Of a stretch of 64,000 nt of DNA, positions 28,291 through 36,248 are shown piece after piece. Below the pieces are notes generated by a model. It made no database searches. It was not told where the DNA came from and saw only the letters and a program-made list of their open reading frames with translations. Location: assembly GCA_902800905.1 (NCBI GenBank), contig CADCGC010000001.1:117336-181335 (forward strand), written 5' to 3'. Origin of the DNA: an uncultured Erysipelotrichaceae bacterium. GTDB lineage: Bacteria; Bacillota_I; Bacilli_A; RFN20; CAG-826. Numbering within the stretch: position 1 is the first letter of the stretch; every line of letters begins with the position of its first letter. A program made the position numbers and the translations under genes.

Positions 28291-30954
28291 TTATTTTTTA
28301 GCTTCTTTAATTATAGTTTCGCAAATAGATTTGTCATTTATTCTCATTATAGAGTCATTATATGCAATTGTTTTAAAGGGATTAATACCTCCATACCACA
28401 ATATTTTTTGATCTATTATAACCGCATTTATTTCAAGATTTGTCTTTAACAAGCCAGAAATATTTTTATGCTCAATTGTTTTATTGCTATGGGTAAATAT
28501 CTTTACATTGCCACATGTGTTCAACAATTCATTTATCACTTCATCGTTATAATCGTTAATGATAAAAACAACTTCTTTTTTTGAATCTATTAAGTCCTCA
28601 AATAATTTTGCTTTATAGTCATAAGTTGAATATATTTTTCTTTCAAAAATAACTTCATCGCCGCTGATAACGTATCCAAGTTTTTTATATGCTCTTAATC
28701 GATTGTGATACATACTTTCAAACATCTTTACATTGATATCAACATAATCATGTACTTCTACATCGTTTTTATCTTCATTTTCACGGTGCAAGCGTCCTAC
28801 ATATTGTTCTAATGTTCCATTCCATCTAAATGGTGAAACAATAAATAGTGTATCTAATTTCTTTTCATCAAAACCTTCACCAATATATTTTCCAGTAGAA
28901 ATAATAACAAACCCCTTTTTAGCTTTTTTAATATTCTCGAAAAATGTTTTCTTTTCACTGTTTGATAATTGCCCACTAATTACAAAAACATCATTAATAT
29001 TGTTAAGCTTATTTTTTAATATACTTATATGCTCAATCCTATCTGTTAGAACGATAATATTTCTTTTTGCTTTGTATGCATTTTTTATGTCATTAACAAT
29101 TCTTTCATTTCTTTCTTCATCAAACAACAAACATGAAAGCATATTAGAATATGATGTTGTTTTTTCCAAGGATGTATATGTAAAAGATGTAAATTCAGGC
29201 TTTAGGATTTTATCAAAATTGCTATCTTCGTCTTTATATTGATATCTGATATCGCCAATAGTTTTATAAATAATCTTTTCGTTTTTATCACTTCTTTTTG
29301 GAGTTGCAGTAAAACCATATAAATATTTGCTGTAGCACTTTCTGACAATCTGTTCATACGTCGAAGCAGCAATATGATGAACTTCATCAAAAATAATGAC
29401 ACCATATTGCTTTAATATTTCTCCACTTTCTTCACTTAATAGCGAGTCAATACAAGCGATATCAATCATATTTGTTAACTTCTTTTTATTACCACTATAT
29501 TGACCAAATTTATCTTTTTCTTTTTTAAACTCGTATCCAACATCTAAAAAAGTATTTAATCTATCTTTCCATTGTTTCAATAATGTTAAATTTGGAACAA
29601 TAATAAGCGTGTTTAACTTTAATTCAGCTATAAGTGCAATAGCGGTAACTGTTTTACCATATGATGGTCGAGCAACAAATAAACCATTATCATATTTTAA
29701 TAATTTATCAAGACCGTCTTTTTGATAATCCTTAAGTTTGCCATTAAAGGAAACCATTATCATATCTCCCAAAGTTTGCTTATCTTTAATAACTATCTCA
29801 ACGCTAAAAAAGTTAAGCACCTTAACCAAGTCTTCAAAACATCCTCTTGGAAGATAAATGAAAGATTCATCTTCGTGATAAAGTTTTTGAATTCTTGGAA
29901 TTGTATAGACTGATATGCGATTCTTTTGCGCCTCATAATATTTAGGGTTAGGTAAACTCGCTAACCTATAAATAAATTTAACACTCCTATCATTTAATGC
30001 TGCTTTAGGAACAAGTATTTCGTTTTGTTTTATTAATATGATTTGTTTAGCAAAATCATCTCTATTGAGTTTAATATTTTTAAGAACGTTTTTGTTTAAC
30101 AAAGGGAAAAAGTCAGCTTCTTTATATTCACTCAACAAAGCATCTACTTCTTCCTCAAAAACCTTCTTTGTGCTCGCTAAAACGTTAATTTGATTTTTCA
30201 TATCATATGGAATAAAGTTTTCATCGACAAAAACTGTCTTTCCCTCGATTGCTTTCCTCCCTTGAAGCGGTAAAACAATTAGGCTGCCATATCCTCTTAT
30301 AGGCACGTAATCTTGTGATGGAAACATTCTATCAAGAGAAGAAAAATTAATTCCTTTTGATGAATCCATAGCCTCATAAATAAGATAAGTTCCTAGCCTT
30401 CTAACTTTAGAAGCTTTTATTGGCTTGTCAAAAAATAGCCAAACATGAGCGCCGCATCCTGATGAAGATATTTCTATTAGATTGTCTAGATGATGGTTAT
30501 TGCAAACATTAGAAAATGCTTTGGCACTTTCTTTATAATCTTCGTCATCAAAATCTACCGCTAGTAGTCGACAGTAGTCTCCTTTTAACAGTGGATATAT
30601 TCCGAATGTATCATTACCAATTAAATGACGTTTTATTTCCTTTTCTGTTATACCGATATATTGTTTGTTAACGCATTCACTACATGTATTCGGACAATAA
30701 CCTGTTAAATTGTTTCTACCCAGACAAGCTGGAGAAAAGCCTCTTTTACCTTCTTTTGAATAATATTCATACGCAAAGATATCGTCTCTACCAGCAAAGT
30801 AAGATATGTATGTTTTTATTTTTTCATTGTCTGAAAAACCAAATTGTTTTATTTCCTTTGGTTTTTCAAATGAGATATTGTGCATTCGTAAAAGATTTTT
30901 AAGATATTCATTCTCTTCTTCAAGCTTTGCAATTATTTCATCTTTGTCATTCAT
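28291..30954 (-). CDS. AEP primase-like domain fused to an SF2 DEAD/H helicase (TOTE-conflict type)
   Basis: GIYPLL..LAVDFDD, SSGCGAHVW, DRMFPSQD, then SYGKT, DEVHH, TATP, QYVGRLHR. Degenerate PLD-like tail. Confidence 0.8.
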   Translation of the reverse strand: MNDKDEIIAKLEEENEYLKNLLRMHNISFEKPKEIKQFGFSDNEKIKTYISYFAGRDDIFAYEYYSKEGKRGFSPACLGRNNLTGYCPNTCSECVNKQYIGITEKEIKRHLIGNDTFGIYPLLKGDYCRLLAVDFDDEDYKESAKAFSNVCNNHHLDNLIEISSSGCGAHVWLFFDKPIKASKVRRLGTYLIYEAMDSSKGINFSSLDRMFPSQDYVPIRGYGSLIVLPLQGRKAIEGKTVFVDENFIPYDMKNQINVLASTKKVFEEEVDALLSEYKEADFFPLLNKNVLKNIKLNRDDFAKQIILIKQNEILVPKAALNDRSVKFIYRLASLPNPKYYEAQKNRISVYTIPRIQKLYHEDESFIYLPRGCFEDLVKVLNFFSVEIVIKDKQTLGDMIMVSFNGKLKDYQKDGLDKLLKYDNGLFVARPSYGKTVTAIALIAELKLNTLIIVPNLTLLKQWKDRLNTFLDVGYEFKKEKDKFGQYSGNKKKLTNMIDIACIDSLLSEESGEILKQYGVIIFDEVHHIAASTYEQIVRKCYSKYLYGFTATPKRSDKNEKIIYKTIGDIRYQYKDEDSNFDKILKPEFTSFTYTSLEKTTSYSNMLSCLLFDEERNERIVNDIKNAYKAKRNIIVLTDRIEHISILKNKLNNINDVFVISGQLSNSEKKTFFENIKKAKKGFVIISTGKYIGEGFDEKKLDTLFIVSPFRWNGTLEQYVGRLHRENEDKNDVEVHDYVDINVKMFESMYHNRLRAYKKLGYVISGDEVIFERKIYSTYDYKAKLFEDLIDSKKEVVFIINDYNDEVINELLNTCGNVKIFTHSNKTIEHKNISGLLKTNLEINAVIIDQKILWYGGINPFKTIAYNDSIMRINDKSICETIIKEAKK

Positions 30955-30963
30955 TTTTTAAAA

Positions 30964-31151
30964 TGCACCAAAATTTACACCAAAATACACCAACTATTTT
31001 AGATGGTATTTTTTGTTAACTTCAATAACTTGATTATCAATGATAAGTTTTGTTAATTGATGTGATACAGAATTAACCACCCTTGCATAGCCTAAATAGC
31101 GACATAGTTCAGTTTTTTTCTTGCACCAAAATTTACACCAAAATGCACCAA
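30964..31151. repeat. Two 30-bp direct repeats, each made of three TRCACCAA units
   Basis: 30964-30993 tgcaccaaaatttacaccaaaatacaccaa versus 31122-31151, 29/30 identical. Confidence 0.9.
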
Positions 31152-31370
31152 GAATTCGAAACGGTGCTTTTGCCACAACTTTTTTATCATAAGCGCCAGT
31201 TAAGGACACTATTTTTGATATTTTCTTAATTTTGGCGTCGTTAACCGCCATTTATCTCTTCTTTTTGAATATTGTGTCATCGAGACTTTGACCAATATTA
31301 TTTTTAATTCCGAGAATATTTATTGTTTCACGGAATCTCACTATAACTTTCATTCCATATTGATATCAAC

Positions 31371-32243
31371 TTAATTTACTGAAGATAGTTCATTAAGTGT
31401 TGAAATAAAAAGTTCTTTTTTCCAAAATTTTAAACTTTCCTTGTCAATAATGAAGTTGGAAACATCCGCTTTGGCGGATTCATAATCAATAGATTCAAAT
31501 TTTGCTCTAAGCAATTCTTTGACTTTATCCAATGTTAAGGTTTCATCATAATCTATAATTCCACCAGTATTTTTCAACTTGCTTTCAAGATATTTGAGAT
31601 TGAATTTGCTTCCCTTGCCAATATAGAAAAGATAATCATAATAATCTCTTCCTTTGACATGGTTTTTATAACTTCTACACAAAATAGCGTGTATCTTTCC
31701 TGAAAACAAAGTTGCTTCATCAAATATTCTAACCTCATATGGAGCGGGTAACATTTTGTATTTATATTCAGTGACTCCACCAATAGGATTATCAGTATCT
31801 ACTTCAAACTTAATTTTTATCTTTTGATTAGACACTACTCTTTTTGCATCTTCGCTTTTCGGGAAGAAAGACATCATAAGCATTAATGTGTTTCCTTTTA
31901 GGAACGCGCTTTGGACATCATTATTTTCATCTTTCTTTTTAGGCTCAATAATCATATCTATGCCATATGATTCAAATTCTTTTTTAAGAACAGAAAAGTA
32001 ATCCTCTATCTTAAAATTAGAATCTTTTTCTAATAAAGCAAAATCAAGATCCTCGCTAAAGCGATTTAAGCCATGGAATATTCTTAAACACGTTCCACCA
32101 TAAAAAGCTGCTTTTTTAAAGAAACCACCACGCGATAAACCCGCTAAAGCAATTTCTTGAATTATTTCTTTAATTGCATTTTCTCTTTCCTCGTTATTTT
32201 GAGGATTATACTTTGCAAGCATTGTTTCGATAACACTATTCAT
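31371..32243 (-). CDS. AbiEii-family nucleotidyltransferase toxin (copy 2)
   Basis: AFYGGTCLRIFHGLNRFSEDLDF, KFEVDTDNP, KGRDYYD. Confidence 0.9.
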   Translation of the reverse strand: MNSVIETMLAKYNPQNNEERENAIKEIIQEIALAGLSRGGFFKKAAFYGGTCLRIFHGLNRFSEDLDFALLEKDSNFKIEDYFSVLKKEFESYGIDMIIEPKKKDENNDVQSAFLKGNTLMLMMSFFPKSEDAKRVVSNQKIKIKFEVDTDNPIGGVTEYKYKMLPAPYEVRIFDEATLFSGKIHAILCRSYKNHVKGRDYYDYLFYIGKGSKFNLKYLESKLKNTGGIIDYDETLTLDKVKELLRAKFESIDYESAKADVSNFIIDKESLKFWKKELFISTLNELSSVN

Positions 32244-32829
32244 GGCTATATTCCTTTCTAATTAGTTTAATTAACATATCTAAATTCGTTTTCTTATATA
32301 AAGATGCTAGTCTCATCATCAACATAAAATCACATGTTGAGAATTCTTTTTCATCAATTCTTTTGTCTACGAATAGTAATTCCTTAAGAGATTTAACACT
32401 ATTAACTACTCTCCACTTGCTTAAAGAATCACAAATTGCCTTCTCCTTAGTAGCAATCTTTACAGCGTATTCACCTTTTTCTAAATAAGTTAATCCTTCT
32501 GAAAAAGCTAAAGATGGAACATCGCTATATTCAAATCTTCCAAACTTATTTATAAATGTCTTATTCTTTCTAATATTTAATGACGCTGAAGTAATTGAAA
32601 AAACTTTCTCTGGTATTAATCCATAATAAGATAAAGCCCAATCAAAACTAAGATATGATGGAGATAATATAGAGGAGGCTAAAAAACATGGTTCAACTCC
32701 ACCATCAGTTTCATAAATTCCCCTAGTAAGTCTAAAAAGTATACCGCTATCTGTATCTCTTTTAATCTTGTCTAGTGGATTAGAATAATCACTATATCTA
32801 TTTCTAAGCATTGATGCTGTAATTATCAT
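32236..32829 (-). CDS. AbiEi-family antitoxin (copy 2)
   Basis: RGIYET, PSYLSFDWALSYYGLIPE, IATKEKAICD. GGAGG RBS before 32829. Confidence 0.88.
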   Translation of the reverse strand: MIITASMLRNRYSDYSNPLDKIKRDTDSGILFRLTRGIYETDGGVEPCFLASSILSPSYLSFDWALSYYGLIPEKVFSITSASLNIRKNKTFINKFGRFEYSDVPSLAFSEGLTYLEKGEYAVKIATKEKAICDSLSKWRVVNSVKSLKELLFVDKRIDEKEFSTCDFMLMMRLASLYKKTNLDMLIKLIRKEYSHE

Positions 32830-33369
32830 ATTTGCTCCTCCAAATACAATTATATTGGATTTAATGGAGATATCAAGTGTATTTTTATAGATAAACAATC
32901 AAAATATTGTTGCGATAAAGTTCGATTTTGCTTTTAGACAAATTATCAACACTCACAGTCGAGAATTTATCATTTCTTAAAAATTCCTTTACTGCTCATT
33001 TATATGCAAACTGTTTATACTCACTAAACACTTTTGTGATATTTAATAAAACTGTTTAGTAGAAAAGTGTCGTTAAATCTAAGTTATGGCGTAACTTTTA
33101 CATTTTTTCAAATTATTACGCTTTAACGCCCATTTTTCGTGATTGACATGAACAATCTAAAAACATAACAAAACTGCAAATTATGCATTTTTGTAACCCC
33201 TACACATTCAAAATTAGTAACTCCTACAATTAAAAAACTGCTTGAATAACTTTTTATCTTGATGGATTTATAGACACATAAGGAACAGGCACCACTATGC
33301 ATAATAAAGACAAGGTTATCTTAGATAAGAAATCTCCATACGACTATAACATCTGTCTTTATATCTTAG

Positions 33370-33405
33370 AAGCGGTTACCAGTGAACATTGTTCCGGGAT
33401 AAGCG
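33370..33405. repeat. 36-bp dispersed repeat, copy 1
   Basis: aagcggttaccagtgaacattgttccgggataagcg, 32/36 identical to 41589-41624. Confidence 0.85.
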
Positions 33406-33419
33406 ACATTTAAATATCG

Positions 33420-34064
33420 CTAATTCTCGGGATTGCTGTTATCATCAATTGTCCCGCCGATTTTATTTAAGTCTTCCAATATTTGTTTAACGCTTTCTTT
33501 GTTTCGCGAACAAACGATAAATTCAAATACATCGTCATCTATTTCAATCGCTGATTTACAAATATTAACCAATTCATTTCTTTCTTCTTCATTCATCTTT
33601 GTTATTAAACTTGTATATTGTTCTTCGGCTTTTTTCTCTTTTTCAATTGTTTTACTAATTCCTATTTTTAATCCATACAAAACCATAAAAACCAAAAAAC
33701 AAAAATCAACAACAAAAATAGGGATTGATTTTCTAATGACGTCTTCGTCAAAGTTACTAATTAAATCATATTGAATACAATTACTTAAAAAGGTCGAAAC
33801 AATAAAAGAAACTCCAATAAATATGTATCTGTGTTTCTTAAAGAAAACAACTTTAGATAAAAGAATATCAAACAACATGTAAACAAGAAAAGAAGTAGCG
33901 AACGATCCTGCCCACGCATTGATATTTGTTATTCCATTAATATCAAATGTTTTAGTTGTTATGTTATTTACAAATATTAAAAACGCTGCAACAAGAGGAA
34001 ACACAATTAAATCTGTGTTTACTGATGCAGCTGCTTTATATAAAGAAAGGTCTTTGTTAATCAT
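33420..34064 (-). CDS. Hypothetical 4-TM membrane protein
   Basis: Four hydrophobic helices and a charged C-terminal tail. GGAGGTG RBS before 34064. Confidence 0.65.
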   Translation of the reverse strand: MINKDLSLYKAAASVNTDLIVFPLVAAFLIFVNNITTKTFDINGITNINAWAGSFATSFLVYMLFDILLSKVVFFKKHRYIFIGVSFIVSTFLSNCIQYDLISNFDEDVIRKSIPIFVVDFCFLVFMVLYGLKIGISKTIEKEKKAEEQYTSLITKMNEEERNELVNICKSAIEIDDDVFEFIVCSRNKESVKQILEDLNKIGGTIDDNSNPEN

Positions 34065-34153
34065 ATAAGTCACCTCCACAATTAAAAAACAGCTTCGCAA
34101 AAAAGAATCAGTGATAATAAATCGCAACACTCAAAATAGTGTGCTTAGATGCA

Positions 34154-34945
34154 TCATTTATTTGATAAGCGACTTTCAAAAAACGAAATAACTTCACCAG
34201 CATTATCAATATCTTTTGTTAAACCATTTATATAAGCGATAGAAACATATATAACAGTTGTGAAATATCGATAAATAACATATGACTCATCTTTGTTTTC
34301 ACAATTTACTCTCTCGTTAAACTTGTTAATCCATTCAACAACCAACCTTGGATGTTCCATTATGTTGTTTTCTTTAAAATCTTCGCAGTTTTTTCTTATA
34401 AAATAAATGGCGCTTTTTTCAAAATTATTAACAATATAATCAATTGTATTTGTCTTCAAAGACGAATAATAATTATTGAGGTCAACTTTATATTCGTTTA
34501 TTCTATGATATTTTTCTTCTTTTCTATCTAAATCATAATCGCCAAGAACCTCGATACAAGGCGAACTTAATAAGAGCATCCCACTAGATTCATCATTAAA
34601 CTTCGCAAACATTTCACTAACATCGTCACAATCGTTGTGATCGACATCGTAAATCAAAAATATTCCTTTAAAGTAGGCATATTCGTAATGAAACGCTCTT
34701 TCAACCGAATAGCAGTTATCGTTGTAGTATTTCAGAAAATCATGAATTCTATTTCTTGGCCCTTGAATAATTACAATATTATTTGTATCAAGGGAATACT
34801 CAAGTTTGGACAACTGTCCAACATTCTCGAGATCGAGTTTTTCTCCACAAACAATTGCGTTGAACCCATATCTTTCTAAAACACGGCTAAAAAGAGTCTT
34901 TTCATCTATTTCTCCTTCAACAATAAAAAGGAAGTTTTTAGCCAT
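34154..34945 (-). CDS. RloB-like TOPRIM-fold protein (pair 2)
   Basis: LFIVEGEIDE, LIYDVD, LSSPCIE. Confidence 0.65.
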   Translation of the reverse strand: MAKNFLFIVEGEIDEKTLFSRVLERYGFNAIVCGEKLDLENVGQLSKLEYSLDTNNIVIIQGPRNRIHDFLKYYNDNCYSVERAFHYEYAYFKGIFLIYDVDHNDCDDVSEMFAKFNDESSGMLLLSSPCIEVLGDYDLDRKEEKYHRINEYKVDLNNYYSSLKTNTIDYIVNNFEKSAIYFIRKNCEDFKENNIMEHPRLVVEWINKFNERVNCENKDESYVIYRYFTTVIYVSIAYINGLTKDIDNAGEVISFFESRLSNK

Positions 34946-36089
34946 TATCTATTGCCTCATCAAAAACAGAAGATAAATACATTTTTTCAATGTTATTAAC
35001 TTCTCTTATATTTGGATAAATCTTAGACAACCTGTAATATTTCGAATAGCCGTTTGACCATTTTGAAAAATAAATTTGATCAGGTCTAAGCATTTGAAGA
35101 ATGAATGTATTATGAGATGAAAAAACCAACTGCACATTCTTCTTTTTCAAAACGCTTAAGAACGATTTTATTGCTGATGGATGAAGAGCTTGCTCTAATT
35201 CATCAACAAAAAGCACACTATGATCTGGCATCGATACCAGAATTGAAAGTAAAGCGCTTTGGTTTTTCATACCTGACGACATCATTGAAAGAGGCAATTT
35301 TCCTTTAAAGCCTTTTCCTTCAAGTATTAAAGAATATTGCTCAGTCGGAATATTTAAAGAATCAGAATTATTGTTTCTAACAATACTATAGATAGGGAAT
35401 TCATCATATCCTTTCAAAATATCCTTAACTTTTTCAGAATGATTAACAAGCAAATCAAAATAATTGTAGTTTTTATATATTTTTGAAGTAACAAAGCCCC
35501 TATTTGAATTAATTAGTGGAAGATTAACGAAAACAAACGAGCAAATATAAGAATAAACTTGTTGGATTATTTTATCTTCAATTTTTATCGATGCAAGTAT
35601 TCTTAAAGCCGGGACGAGTTTTGATACGTTATCATAAACATAGTTTTCTTTAATATAATTATAGGCGTTTGTGGTTCTATTAAAATATACCTCTCCGTCT
35701 TTCTTTAAATATTCTTTATCGATTCTCATAAAAGGAGCGGCTGTAGTAGAAATGTAATAATCGTAATCTGAGCCATCCAAATCAAAGAACAATTCAATAG
35801 AACCAATAAGTAAGTTCTTGTCTTTTTTCTCTTTTTGGTACTTTTCAAAATCAAAATTATTAACAACAAACGGAAACAATGTTTCTGCTGGCTCAACCAT
35901 AAGGTTGATCAAAGTGTGAATACCATTAAAAAATGATGATTTTCCACTACCATTGTGTCCATAAAAGGCAATCGGATTTACAATGTCACCTTTGACATTA
36001 TCATCCAAGAACTTGTAACTTCCCTTTTTAAAATCAATTTCACACGTTTCAATTGAACTGATGTTTGTCATAACAATCTTCTTAAGCAT
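34938..36089 (-). CDS. ABC-type ATPase, AAA_21/RloA-like (pair 2)
   Basis: GHNGSGKSS, MSSG, FVDELEQALHP, SSHN, RPDQ, IEKMYLS. Confidence 0.85.
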   Translation of the reverse strand: MLKKIVMTNISSIETCEIDFKKGSYKFLDDNVKGDIVNPIAFYGHNGSGKSSFFNGIHTLINLMVEPAETLFPFVVNNFDFEKYQKEKKDKNLLIGSIELFFDLDGSDYDYYISTTAAPFMRIDKEYLKKDGEVYFNRTTNAYNYIKENYVYDNVSKLVPALRILASIKIEDKIIQQVYSYICSFVFVNLPLINSNRGFVTSKIYKNYNYFDLLVNHSEKVKDILKGYDEFPIYSIVRNNNSDSLNIPTEQYSLILEGKGFKGKLPLSMMSSGMKNQSALLSILVSMPDHSVLFVDELEQALHPSAIKSFLSVLKKKNVQLVFSSHNTFILQMLRPDQIYFSKWSNGYSKYYRLSKIYPNIREVNNIEKMYLSSVFDEAIDNG

Positions 36090-36101
36090 ATTTTTATCCC
36101 C

Positions 36102-36178
36102 AACTGTATATTTTCTACAGTAATACTTTATTACAAAAAAGAGGGATAATCAACAACAAACTGTATATTTTCTACAGT
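36102..36178 (-). promoter_or_regulatory. Promoter flanked by two identical palindromic operator-like sites
   Basis: aactgtatattttctacagt at 36102 and 36159 (ACTGTA-N7-TACAGT). Minus-strand TTGATT-17-TAAAGT lies between them. Confidence 0.7.
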
Positions 36179-36248
36179 TTTTAAAAATCTGCTGTTTGCG
36201 AATTATCCCTTTAAAATATAATTATTAAAGTGTGACGAATATAAACTT

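Noticed and set aside
30994-31251. 85-aa ORF containing GAFWCKFWCKK
   Set aside because: The odd peptide is the translation of the TRCACCAA repeats. No family is recognisable, so it is probably not coding.
36102-36178. CTGT...ACAG as an E. coli-type LexA box
   Set aside because: The spacer is 9 nt rather than 8, and Bacillota LexA uses GAAC-N4-GTTC.
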